This document shows, piece by piece, positions 1-13,204 of a stretch of 64,000 nucleotides of DNA. Position 1 is the stretch's first letter. Each line of letters opens with the position of its first letter. The DNA is from Octopus vulgaris (taxonomy: Eukaryota), in NCBI GenBank assembly GCA_951406725.2, contig OX597814.1:188170001-188234000 (forward strand), read 5' to 3'. The notes under the pieces are model-generated. The model was not told where the DNA came from, made no database searches, and saw nothing but the letters and a program-made list of their open reading frames with translations. The translations under genes and the position numbers were made by a program.

Positions 1-157
1 TTAATGTGGACTCATGACGACGATAAAATAAAATAAAAAATCAACTGCGCAATTGTAGGTATGATCTATTTGTAGATATGCTTGGTTCTGAAATGAAATC
101 AGAGTATATACAATACATAAAACACAGTTGTATTTTATCCTGTCTGGTAATCGTTTA

Positions 158-578
158 GGATCTTTTCGGTTTGAACGGCAGTTTTTTCTAACGGTGTCAT
201 ATGAAATTGTCACCCATAATTATGACCCCAGTATCGATCTATTGCACTTCAATCTGTTTTAGGGTTAGGGTTAGTTAGGGCTGGGAGGAAGGGTATCTTT
301 TTTTTCTTCACAAATGTAAATAAACCCAATCTGTTTCTTAAACGAGGGACATATTCATACGGCACAGAATGTTTTCACCTCAATAGACGTCACTGATTGG
401 TTGAAATTGCAGAAATTGAAGAAAAAAAACAACAAATATCCTACAAACTATAGAATTTTCTCAATAAAGCCAAGAGAAAAAGATGTTTTATAAACACATT
501 CTACCAGTATACGAAGTTAAACATTTTTTAGTTACCTAGAAATTATGTTAAAATCTGCCGTTCAAACCGAAAAGATCC
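158..578. mobile_element. Non-autonomous TIR DNA transposon (MITE, GGATC termini; related to 54240-55059)
   Basis: ggatcttttcggtttgaacggcag at 158 and ctgccgttcaaaccgaaaagatcc ending 578 form a perfect 24-bp TIR. Internal ttaggg-like motifs at about 260-280. No TSD visible. Confidence 0.8.
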
Positions 579-840
579 GCTATTTTTTCGTAGTGTATTC
601 TTTAAACTCCTCTACGAATATATGACTTGCTTCACTCTCGTCCCGCTCTCTGCCATCGAAATGTAGCTGAAGTTTTAAGACATTTCAACCAACACAAAAA
701 TTTACAAACACAATGACAATAATATCTTTCTCAATTGTAATTATTTTGTTAGTTTGCATTTTCTAATTTTTCTAATAATTATAGTTATATTATTTAATTA
801 TATATTTTACAACAATTCAGTTATAAAAAAAATCATTTTT

Positions 841-889
<49 letters not shown>

Positions 890-1542
890 AGCGGATTGGA
901 ACGACGTGAAATGAAGTGTTTTGCTCAAGAACACACCGTAACGCTGGTCTTGGAATCGAAACCAGAATCTTGATATCGTGAGGGCAACAGCCTAGCCACT
1001 AGGCTATATATATATATAATGTGTGTGTGTGTGTGTATGTGAAATATTTCAATGAATGCTGTTCTTGTACATAGGAAGAAATATCGAGAACCGTGGGAGG
1101 TATACAAGCGGTAGGTGGTTCATTCAGCATTGAACCTTGAAGAAATAATGAACTGTGTTTTTACAAAACTAATTTTTCTTTCGAGTGTAGAATATTTTGT
1201 TATGGAGTTGGGAGGAATAAAGTTATGAGAAGATTCTATTGTATGCATTTAATAAGATGTTTGGTGTAGTGGTGTTTAGCGGTTTCAGCGTTCCGATAAT
1301 TGATCATTATGCGCTTTTTATAACGTGAAGTATTGCCCAGTGATAATGAGTATTATATACTCCGAAGAAAATTTACCTTCGCTGCAGCTGATCCCCGGAA
1401 ACAGTTTGTATAAATGTTTGACTTTGAGAGAAGTGTAAGAAGTCTTTATCAGTGGTTTCAAATTTTGGCACTAGGCCCTTTAATATTAATAATTTAATAT
1501 TAATAATAATATTATTAAGAGTATATTATTATTAATATCAAT

Positions 1543-1579
<37 letters not shown>

Positions 1580-2165
1580 TTTTCTACAATAGGCACAAGG
1601 CCTGAAATTTGTGGGGAGGAGACTGGTCGATTACGTCGACGTCAGTGCGTAACTGGTACTTATTTCATCGACCCCGAAAGGATGAAAGGCAAAGTCAACC
1701 GCGGCGGAATTTAAACTCGGAACGTAAAGGCGGACGAAATACCTATTTCTATTTCTTTACTACCCACAAGAGGCTAAACACAGAGAGGACAAACAAGGAC
1801 AGATAAACGGATTAAGTCGATTATATAGACCCCAGTGCGTAACTGGTACTTATTTAATCGACCCCGAAAGGATGAAAGGCAAAGTCGACCTCGGAGGAAT
1901 TTGAACTCAGAACGTAACGGCAGACGAAATACCTATTTCTTTACTACCCATAGGGGGCTAAACACAGAGAGGACAAACAAGGACAGACAACCGGATTAAG
2001 TCGATTACATCGACCCCAGTGCGTAACTGGTACTTAATTTATCGACCCCGAAAGGATGAAAGGCAAAGTCGACCTCGGCGGAATTTGAACTCAGAACGTA
2101 ACGGCAGACAAAATACGGCTACGCATTTCGCTTGGCGTGCTAATGTTTCTGCCAGCTCACCGCCT
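1580..2165 (-). mobile_element. SINE family B (tRNA-like head), head plus tandem ~184-bp units (trimer)
   Basis: Three successive copies of gaccccgaaaggatgaaaggcaaagtcgacctcggcggaatttgaactcagaacg. Only the last carries the head (gccagctcaccgcctt). (taa)n tract at the tail end. Confidence 0.9.
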
Positions 2166-3183
2166 TATAACAGGTCTTTCGAATTAACTCTGGGGTCGAT
2201 GTGATCAACTTAACCACTTCACTGATATTGCTGGCCTTGTGCCCAAATTTGGAGCCAATATCATTGTTTATGTAGAATATAATTGGCAAAGAAAATTTAT
2301 GCTATTAATCTAATTATTATTGCTACAAAACTTATTTCTAACCTTCGTGTTGCATTATGTCAATAGGCAAAATATTTATAGCTATTAACACGGCAATTTT
2401 CTGGACTACTTATTACACGTTTAGTGTTACAATTAACAATATATCTATAATTGTCATAATTTATCAAATCTTGGATATATTCTAAGTTCAAATTCCGCCG
2501 AAGTCGGCTTTGCCTTTCATCCTTTCGGGGTCGATAAAATAAGTATCAGTTGATGTAATTGACTAGTCCCTGTTGTTGTTGTTATGATTAGAGTTTTGTC
2601 AGTCAACATTCTGTGGGTATGCTAAGGTTGTTCCTTGTTTTTTTTTCTTTCTAAATTTATTTTATACGTGCTATGTCTATCGTGGTTAAAACAATTCCAA
2701 TGCTTTTATTTTATCACATATTATATATGGGGATTTTGTAGAGTTGTTACAGTTTAGGATCGAATAACTTTCGGTATCCATTCCGGTACCCTACGCTCTG
2801 ATTCCAAATCCCGTCGAGGTCAGCTTTGTCTCTCATTTTTTTTTCCAGAACGATAAATATAGTCTCACCCTAGTACAAGTATCGGTTTCCTCTTCCCCCA
2901 CTTCCTCCCCTTTTCTGGAAGAAATCGGCTGTGTTCAGGCCTGTAGTGGGATAAGCTCCACCATGTTTAAAATACTCAAGACTCAAGGATTAAATAACAA
3001 CAGCAGTGCACAAGCATATCAATAAAGATTTGTAGACAATGAGCATTCATTTGTTCGATCAACAGTACTTCCTGAATTAACTAATTGAATTAACGTGTAA
3101 GAGGTTGGGCATTCCACAGACACTTGTATTCCTACCATAATTCTCAAGCGGAATCACTAGGACACAGTGTGTCAATGCTAGAC

Positions 3184-3535
3184 AGTGGTTAGGGCAGCGG
3201 ACTCGCGGTTTCGATTCCCAGACCGGGCGTTGTGAGTGTTTATTGAGCAAAAACACCTAAAGCTCCACGAGGCTCCGGCAGGAATGGTGGTGATCCCTGC
3301 TGTACTCTTTCACCACATCTTTCTCTCACTCTTACTTCCTGTTTCTGTTGTACCTGTATTTCAAGGGGCCGGCCTTGTCACTCTCTTGTGTCACGCTGAA
3401 TATCCCCGAGAACTACGTTAAGGGTACACGTGTCTGTGGAGTGCTCAGCCACTTACACGTTAATTTCACGAGCAGGCTGTTCCGTTGATCGGATCAACCG
3501 GAACCCTCGTCGTCGTAACCGACGGAGTGCTTCCA
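3184..3535 (+). mobile_element. SINE head C with tail type i
   Basis: A-box/B-box-like cagtggttagggcagcgg...ttcgattcccagaccggg head, shared with 16979, 43925, 44648 and 47445. Tail shared with 38945-39258. Confidence 0.85.
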
Positions 3536-4099
3536 ATGCTAGACCTTTAAGTTACAAGTGCAATCCTTCCAGCAGGTTTCCACATAGTTCCTGTGTGTAT
3601 ATGAATATAAACACAATCAAATTTAACTCACAAGGTATTGATATTCCAGAGGCTGCAGTTGAAGGTATCTACTTAGGTGTCGTGCAATGAGATCGAAACC
3701 AGAAATACGTGGCTGTCATTCGGATTTTTTAAGTAAGTACCCAGCTAATCCAGCGCTTATCTATCTTGGTGTGCTAAAACGCCCAGCCCTTAAATCTCAT
3801 CACACTAGCTTAATAATGGAGGGGACATTGCATAGTGTCGCCCTTAGCTACACTATGTTTGTAAACAAAAGACGGAGAAAGTTATGGATGTAATCTCACC
3901 ATTTATGAATTAAAATAATTAGCTTTGTACTTAATACTTTCAGGTTCGATCTCACTTCGCATTGCATTCAGCAAATTGGCCCATAAAAAAAATGTCGAAG
4001 TAATTTCTAACTAATTGGCACAAAAAAGAAAAAGAATCAAAGGCAAATGACTAGACCTCAGCATAAAAAGGAACGCCGGTAATTATACCGAGGACGATC

Positions 4100-4700
4100 A
4101 ACAAGTGGAAGGAATACTATTTCGATTCTTCTCTCGCCATTTATCTATTAAAACCGATGAAATAACAACGAAGAATAGTTGAAAATTGGTGATGAACACG
4201 GTAAAAGATACAGTAATTTACGAGTGACGTTGTATCGCTTTTTGCCAATTATAGGTAATGCCTTACAAACGTTTGCACCAATGACTGATTTACCAATAGT
4301 ATTAACAAACTAGCGAAATACAAGTTAAGTTACCAATGAGCTCTCCTATACAAGTCCTTACCTCCCAAATTGTCAAACAACGTAGATAAAAGGCCCCCAT
4401 TAGAGGAATGTATAGTTTGAATATGAGGTATAGACAATAAGAAAAAGATGAAACTCGAGAAATTCCACTCCACCAGAAAAAAAAAAGATATTCAATAAAA
4501 ATTATATCAATTTACATGAAGGGCCAGACTTTACTGTTTCAATAAATGGACACGAGAAGAATAGGTTTCTGTACTGCGTGCCCGTTTTACAGTCACACGA
4601 TAACCCCACCAAACGAAACTATCACAACAGAACTGAAGAGGAAATAGCTCATTTAAAGATAAATTTTTACTTCAACGAAATAACTTTGAATAGATTGATT
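4100..4700 (+). mobile_element. Highly decayed Penelope-like reverse transcriptase remnant
   Basis: Frameshifted motifs SDVVSLFAN (about 4223-4249; cf. SFDVxSLFTN), LPMSSP (4330-4347; cf. GxPMGSP) and YINLHEGPDFT (cf. NxxHxxIxFT), in the expected order. Confidence 0.55.
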
Positions 4701-4993
4701 CTAAAAAAAAAAATCCCTGCAAAAAATGCACTAAAAGACATCAGAAACAGACCAATTAAAAGAAAGAATATACAACGAAAATACAAAATACAAACAATGG
4801 AAAAAATGCAAATAACAAGAATATAAAAGAGAACATTAAGGATGTAAGTCACGATAGACAAATCAGACACAACCAAATTAAAGCAAAATAAATAAAAAAA
4901 AAATCCAAAACAAAATACGACCTTAGCATTGACTGGCAAAAACCTGATCACAACAGCAGTAGCAGCAACAACAACAACAACAACAACAACAAC

Positions 4994-5055
<62 letters not shown>

Positions 5056-5188
5056 CTTTTCTACTTTAAGCACAAGGTCTGAAATTTGGTGGTGGTTGTG
5101 GTGGGGAACTAGTCGAATATATCGACCTCAGTATTTCACAGGTATTTAATTTATCAGAAAAGTCGGAAGGTTTTGCCATCTCGCCGCC

Positions 5189-5222
<34 letters not shown>

Positions 5223-5235
5223 TGATGATGGTAAT

Positions 5236-5617
5236 CCTTTCTACTATAGGCACAAAGCCTGAAATTTTGGGGGAGGGCCAGTTGATTAGATCGACCCTAG
5301 TACGCAACTGGTACTTAATTTATCGACTCTGAAATGATGTAAGGCAAAGTCAACCTTGGCAGAATTTGAACTCTCCTATACAAGTCCTATCCTCCCAAAT
5401 TGTCACACAATGTAGATAATAAGCCCCCCCCCATTCGAGAAATACATAATTTGAATATGGAGTATAAGCAATAAGAAAAAGATGAAGCTCGAGAATTTCC
5501 ACTCCTCCAGAAAAAATCAGATATTTAATCAAAATTATATCAATTTACATGAAGGGCCAGACGAAATGCCGCTGAGCATTTTGCCCGGTGTGCTAACGAT
5601 TCCGCAAGTTCGCCGCC

Positions 5618-5620
<3 letters not shown>
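5236..5620 (-). mobile_element. SINE B copy interrupted by a ~190-bp Penelope-RT segment
   Basis: SINE B sequence up to gaatttgaactc (about 5373), then a segment matching 4341-4529, then the SINE resumes at gacgaaatgccgctgagc. Confidence 0.8.
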
Positions 5621-5686
<66 letters not shown>

Positions 5687-5689
<3 letters not shown>

Positions 5690-5885
5690 TCTAGTATAGG
5701 CACAAAGCCTGAAATTTGGGGGAGTGGGATAGTCGATTACATCGACCCCAGTGTTTCACTGGTTCTTAATTTATCGACCCCGAAAGATGAAAATCAAAGT
5801 CGACCTCAGCGGAATTTGAACTCAGAACGTAGCGACGGATGAAATACTGCTAAGCATTTCGTCTGGCGTGCTAATGATTCTACCA
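5687..5885 (-). mobile_element. SINE B copy with (taa)n-associated tail
   Basis: Same core motifs, adjacent to the (aat)n tract at 5620-5686. Confidence 0.85.
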
Positions 5886-6630
5886 ATCCAATATCACAAA
5901 TCATTATAACGATGATGATGATGGTTTCCATAGAGGTGTAGTTTGATAACGTCTTAGGTGCCGTTTAAAAAAAAGAAAAATTTAGCTTCGCAATAAACAT
6001 GATAAAATTAACTGATTGCTCTTAACATGTTAAAATTAACATGTCAAAATTAACATGTCAAAATTAACATGTTAAAATTAACAGATTGCTCTTATAACCA
6101 GATATATTGCTTCTCGCACTACTAAATTATATCCTCGTTTTGGCATTCACTTTCTTTTACTTAACACTAACAATTTGAATATCTTTTTCATTTCAGGAAT
6201 TCCTACTTACTTTTTAACCAGATACTTACATATCTGGCACACGTACGTATCCCAACAATCCTGCCTCTCAGTATATGTTTAGACGCCAGGGAGCCTAAAT
6301 TCCCACCTTAATGACATGACTATGATCGGAATTCTTCTGGAACGGAATTTCCTTCTCACCTGCATTCATTCACACCTCAAACCTATGATCTTGCGCTATT
6401 TCCAAATTCGGATCAATAAGTTTAGTGTTGATACAACGGCAATCGTAATCGGGGTCACTGGTTAAGTGGTGGCTTAATATTCAGGACGAAACACCGTGTT
6501 TTTTTCCTTACCCGTGGTTACATACGTATTGCCATGCGTGCAGACATATTTCCTGTGTGTGTATGTTTGTGTGTTTTCTCCCATATACAGACATAGTTTA
6601 AATACACACGCACGCACATACACACGCGCC

Positions 6631-6674
<44 letters not shown>

Positions 6675-6801
6675 TACAAATCATTACAAGCAGATACATA
6701 CACACATACACATACACGCACACCCATGTGAGTGAAAATGTTTGTACTGTGTATATATATATATTATATGTGTGTGTAAATGTATGTACTGTGCATATAG
6801 G

Positions 6802-6840
<39 letters not shown>

Positions 6841-7072
6841 TACATACATACATACACACACACACATATATATATGCATACATACATACAGGTCCAAAAA
6901 GTACGTATATTTTGTACTCTCGACATGGCCAGATGAGTGACTTTTCGAAATTTGCTTTGTAGTTATCTAAATTCATACAATGGGACTTTTGGTTCTTAAA
7001 TAAAAACAACCACTATCTTTATGGTAAGAAGTAACCCCCCCCCAAAAAAAAGCCTAAAAAAAAAACACACAA

Positions 7073-7232
7073 TGCAGGAGTGGCTGTGTGGTAAGTAGCT
7101 TGCTTACCAACCACATGGTTCCGGGTTCATTCTCACTGCGTGGCACCTTGGGCAAGTGTCTTCCACTACAGCCTCGGGCCGACCAATGCCTTATGAGTGG
7201 ATTTGGTAGATGGAAACTGAAAGAAGCTTGTC

Positions 7233-7276
<44 letters not shown>

Positions 7277-7505
7277 AGGTGTATGTTTGTATGTCTGTGT
7301 TTGTCACCCCAACATCGCTTGACAACCGATGCTGGTGCGTTTACGTCCCCGTAACTTAGCGGTTCGGCAAAAGAGAACCGATAGAATAAGTACTAGGCTT
7401 ACAAAGAATAAGTCCTGGGGTCGATTTGCTCGACTAAAAGCGGTGCTCCAGTACGGCCACAATCACATGACTGAAACAAGTAAAAGAGTAAAAAGAGTAA
7501 AAGAG
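7073..7505 (+). mobile_element. SINE family A (tRNA-like head, internal (TA)/(TG) microsatellite, gtaaaaga tail)
   Basis: ggagtggctgtgtggtaagtagcttgcttaccaaccacatggttccgggttca...(TA)n(TG)n...gactgaaacaagtaaaagagtaaaa; many near-identical copies in the window. Confidence 0.92.
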
Positions 7506-7911
7506 ACCTTTTCCTCAATAAGTTGGGAGTTACTGATATTGAGTTCTTGCCGACTGTTGCCGATGTTTTTGCTATTGATACTACTTTCACGCTGAAGATT
7601 ATTGTTTTCAATGTTGTTGTAGGAGGTTTCAGTTATTTCTCTCTCCCCCCCTCTCTCTCTCTCCACCTCTCTCCTTTTGTCTAACCTCCGCCACTCAGCT
7701 TCTCACTCTTTTCTCTCTCTCAGAAGAACAACAAGAATAATTCCCTTATTGTTTCTGCTGTGTAGCTAAATATGCTTTGCTGTTTATATTTTCGCTTATG
7801 AAAACAATTACTTTCGTGTCGATGCTTTAAGAATGGCTGCTTTGCTGTTGTTGTCGTTGTTGTAATATTTGTTATTAGTTTTAATTGTTGAGGGTTGATA
7901 ATGTTGATACG

Positions 7912-8305
7912 CTTTACTCTTTTACTCTTTTACTTGTTTCAGTCATGTGACTGTGGCCATGCTGGAGCACCGCCTTTAGTCGAGCATACCGACCCCAGGA
8001 CTTATTCTTTGTAAGCCTAGTACTTATTCTATCGGACACTTTTTGCCGAACCGCTAAGTTAAGGAGACATAAACATACCAGCATCGGTTGACAAGCGATG
8101 TTTGGGAGACAAACACAGACACACAAACATATACATCTATATACATATATACAATGGGCTTCTTTCAGTTTCCGTCTACCAAATCCTCTCTCAAGTCTTT
8201 GGTCGGCCCGAGGCAATAGTAGAAGACATTTGCCCAAGGTGCCACGCAGTGGGACTGAACCCGGAATCATGTGGTTGGTAAGCAAGTTACTTACCACACA
8301 GCCTC
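7912..8305 (-). mobile_element. SINE A copy
   Basis: Full-length reverse-complement copy of family A. Confidence 0.92.
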
Positions 8306-8355
8306 TCCAACGCCTAATGTTAATTTTTTCTCTAGCTTTTCGTTACTTCAGCTGC

Positions 8356-8403
<48 letters not shown>

Positions 8404-9296
8404 AGAGTTAGAGTTGTTCTTTAGTTTCAGCTCAAACACGATCCAGGAGGCCCTTCATCGAAAGCATTCCAACCGTGACCATCACGTCGTTCAGTGGTAG
8501 GGGAATGTAGGTGATTACATTGTCCAGTGTATACTTAGCTTAGTTTCAGACGAGTGTGATTTAACTGTTATTTCTACAGAGTCGAGTGTCCGTCGAGACG
8601 CTCCATTGTTGGTTAGCAACAACAACAACAATTACAAAACCAGCACGCAAGAACTGAAAAAGTAGTAGCAGCAGTAGTTTTAAAGTTTGTTGTTGTTACT
8701 GTTGCTCTTGAACCGATGGCGATTATATATATTTCTGTTATTGTTTTATAGATTTATAAAAAAAAAAATCGTTGGTTTTGTATTGCCGTTATTATCTTTG
8801 TTGAATTGTTACATTTATATTGTTGTGGCTGTTATTGTTGTTGTTGTTGTTGTTGCTATCGCTGCTGCTGCTGCTGCTCTTACTGTTTCTGTTGTGTCAA
8901 TAAAGATTGGAAATAGAACAAAGAGATTTAGCTGTTTTATGATATATCGAGCAGTAAAACTGAAATTGAATCTCATCAAACCAACAGCTATTTTCAAAGC
9001 AGTCCGGATGTCCGTATCCATTACCAAATGGTCCACAGTATGCCATTTTATATGCTGTTAATGTGGTTTTGCCGCTAGTTAGCTTGTATAGATAAGAACT
9101 GTGATCAAAGATGTTCCAGTCTTCATCGACGCGTCTTTTTTGATGTCCGGAACTACACTGTACAATGTATCCTTCCTATTTTCAAAACAGCAAGCTGTGG
9201 TCTTAGGAGTTTTTGAGCTGTATCTCCAATAAACCACAAGAACACCGATTTGCACATGGTATCTGACATTAAATTTGAGTTCATAACCAGAACTCC

Positions 9297-9452
9297 TAGG
9301 CGTAGTGGTAAGTAGCTTGCTTACCAACCACATGGTTCCGGGTTCAGTCCCACTGCGTGGCACCTTGGGCAAGTGTCTTCTACTGTAGCCTCGGGCCGAC
9401 CAAAGCCTTGTGAGTGGATTTGGTAGACGGAAACTGAAAGAAGCCCGTCGTA

Positions 9453-9515
<63 letters not shown>

Positions 9516-9762
9516 TATATATATATATATGTATGTATATGTATGTGTGCGCGTATATGTTTGTGTATGTCCTCCCAACATCGCTTGACAACCGATGCTG
9601 GTGTGTTTACGTCCCCGTAACTTAGTGGTTCGGCAAAATAGACCGATAGAATAAGTACTAGGCTTACAAAGAATAAGTCCTGGGATCGATTTGCTCGACT
9701 AAAGGCGGTGCTCCAGCATGGCCACAGTCAAATGACTGAAACAAGTAAAAGAGTAAAAGAGA
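9297..9762 (+). mobile_element. SINE A copy
   Basis: Near full-length family A copy with a long internal (TA)n. Confidence 0.92.
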
Positions 9763-10046
9763 GTAGAACGCACATTATTCAGTCTTCCCTGTACTGAATA
9801 ATCCTCACAGAAGATGGCGGATCGACCTCAATATATTACCAGTATTTACGCATAAAGTCGTCGTTTGACGACAAGGAAGATTGAATACAAGAAACAAAAG
9901 TTGATCCAAGCGTGATTTTAACTCAGTAACGTGCGGTACTCTGACGAATCACCGAATCGACCAGCGGTAGCTTTTAAATACTATAACTTGTATAACATTA
10001 AGTGACTTTGTCCTGAAGTTTATACTGCAAAGGCAACATGCGAAAA

Positions 10047-10438
10047 TCTCTCTATATAAAGCTGAAGTTGTCTGTGTGTGGTAGGCTTGATAGCCTTCAA
10101 CTAACACTATCTCCTCCGAGACCCTGCGGCGCAAGCTGACCAAAATTGAGAGTATGATAGAAGAAGGCTTGCTCTTAATTCCGTAGAAGATAAAATTCAA
10201 ATCGGACCATGTTAACACCAAAACTTATTTACACCAAAAAGGTACTTTTTTTCTATGAAAATCCCTATTTTTTACGATTTTTTGACTTCTGTGTCGCCAT
10301 TTTTTTCTGTGTATTTCAACCAGAAAAATGTTCTCTTAAAGAGAATAACAAGTTACATAATGCAAAATTTTTACTTTTCAAAAATTCCAATTCTAAAGGG
10401 TCGAAACAAACCCGAGCAACGCCGGGCGATACTGCTAG
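10047..10438 (+). mobile_element. Non-autonomous Helitron
   Basis: A|TC start (tctctctatataaagc), 3' hairpin cccgagcaacgccggg followed by CTAG|T, no TSD. Second copy inverted at 21444-21825. Confidence 0.85.
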
Positions 10439-10499
10439 TAATCTATAAAGGAATTGCAGTGGTTATTAAATTGTTTTAAAAAGCCTTGATAAGTAATAA

Positions 10500-11020
10500 A
10501 AAAAAAGAAAAAAATCAGCAACAACCACTGTAGAATTAATCATGATAATTGAAAGAAAATTAAGTCAAGTGCTCAACAAGCTACTCAGTTAATTGGTAGA
10601 ACCGTATTTTTACACAGATCTAATGTGAAGTTTAAAATGAAATGGCTCTTGAGAGCATAAATCAAGATTAGACTCAACGCATCGTGCCAATAAGCTAAGC
10701 ACGATCGTAATTAAAATACACAAAGTCTTAAGTTTATATGACGATTTGCAGAAAACGGATATAAAACTTCTAATGAAACAGTTTCTTCTTGCTTGTAAAG
10801 GCGGGTTTGAAAGATCTAAGAAGCACTTGAATTTGCACAACATAAAAATGACTAGTGAAGTTGCCAGTGAAAAAGTTGCTGCTAATTGTCTCGAGCATCG
10901 GAAAACTTATTGCTGAAAAGGTTGCATACCAGAGAAAGTATACAATATAGATGAAACCGCACCTTTCTTCAAACTCAGTTAAGCTAAACCTTTTATTTCT
11001 AGAGAAGAAAAATCAACGTA
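10500..11020 (+). mobile_element. Decayed Tigger/pogo transposase remnant
   Basis: Translates to ACKGGFERSKKHLNLHNIKMTSEVAS (10791-10868; cf. ASxGWFxRFKxR...GEAASA), PEKVYNIDET (10929-10958) and TFISREEKS (10988-11015), with frameshifts. Confidence 0.8.
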
Positions 11021-11275
11021 TTTTTGATAGAAGAAACTTGCGCCAATTATCAGCAAAAAGAGAAATCAGCTTGCCTGTATGTCATTTCTAAGAAGTTGAG
11101 TCATTTACAATCCATATCGAGTAACCTTTTCTTAAATAGAGAATATTTAATATTGGTATAAGATTTTGTGTTTATACATAGGGATTGTGTTTCTTCGAGC
11201 ATGCAAGCATGCTTTGTTATATTAGCATGTTGATTCGAGCATATCATAAATACTTACATACATACAAAACACATG

Positions 11276-11327
<52 letters not shown>

Positions 11328-11507
11328 CATACATGCACACATACATACGCGCGCGCGCGCACACACACACACATACATACGCGCACACACACACACACAT
11401 ATATAAATGTATACATACATACATACACATGTATATGATTACAGCCGTTTTGTAACCTTTATCACGCCACTTGATTCTCTGAATCCAAATTTTCTACAAT
11501 ATTTATA

Positions 11508-11538
<31 letters not shown>

Positions 11539-11755
11539 TTATATATGTATATACATTTATATACATACATACATACATACATATGTATATATATGTATGT
11601 ATATATATATGAATTTATATATACATGTGTATACATATTAAATATATATATCTATGTATATGTGTGTATATATATATACATAAATATATTTATACATATA
11701 CGTGCATACATACACACACATGCATATATACAGAGAGAGAGAGAGAGAGAGCGAG

Positions 11756-11806
<51 letters not shown>

Positions 11807-12234
11807 TAGGCAACGAATATTTCATAGCTTGAAAATAAGTTGATTTCTAGGAGAAGACTAATTCACTCATCCCCTTTAACGTTAAAAAAAAATCTAGAGC
11901 TAAGCACGGTGGCTTGTAAGAAGCGTAACTCTTCTATTAAGTCTGATGAACAGGGATAAGTATTTGAATGAGGTTAATGCCGTTAACCTTTGTTTTGAAT
12001 GGTTGCAGATCTATGGTAGAACGGAATTTATTCTATATGTTTTCATTTATTCATTCACACACAAACCTATCCGATTACTCATTCATTGAGTAAGTTTCTA
12101 GTGCTTCTAATGAACGCTCTTACTATAAGTCTTCTACCATCGCAGTCAAAATTTCATGAACATTCTTTCACGCCGCCCATACACACGCGTAATATGGTCT
12201 GATGCGCACATATGCTCTACCCAGCTATCACCTC

Positions 12235-12615
<381 letters not shown>

Positions 12616-13204
12616 GATGTTGGACCTTCTTTACGACTCATCAGCATGTTAGAAATAATACACAAATCAGTCTCAAATTGCACGTTTTCTCCTTAATAAA
12701 GGAAATGCAGTCCTAAAATAAAATAAAATAAAATAAACGGTGTTGGTCCAGACTGGAACTGCTTTTTCCATAGCCTTTGATAAAGGCTGTATTAAGGCTA
12801 TAAGCTGTCTCTGTTACCTACTTCTTTTTTGTATGCTTATTTGATTAATTAACGATCTGCTCTTACACTGAACGAAGTAACTAACGACTACAGAAAGAAA
12901 AACACATACATACAAATTTTTGGGCACCATTGTGTGTATGCGTGACGTGTATGTGTGGAACAAAATGAATTCTATATATAATTATATAGATCCAAGGATC
13001 GAGGTGTAGAAAGAGAGAGAGGGAGAGAGAAAGGGAGAGCGAGAGATTCAAGCAATCCACAGAAAATATTAAAAGAACAGCTTTCGGGAACAATAGTTTA
13101 TTGGTGCGAAAGGTTGTAGATGTATGGTGATTACACTGTCGTCTCCCAGCATGGCTACAGCATCAGGGCTGAAACGCAGCCCGGATTTTCTCTACTCCAT
13201 TCTT

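Noticed and set aside
255-285. Telomere or chromosome end
   Set aside because: Only a few degenerate TTAGGG units, internal to a MITE.
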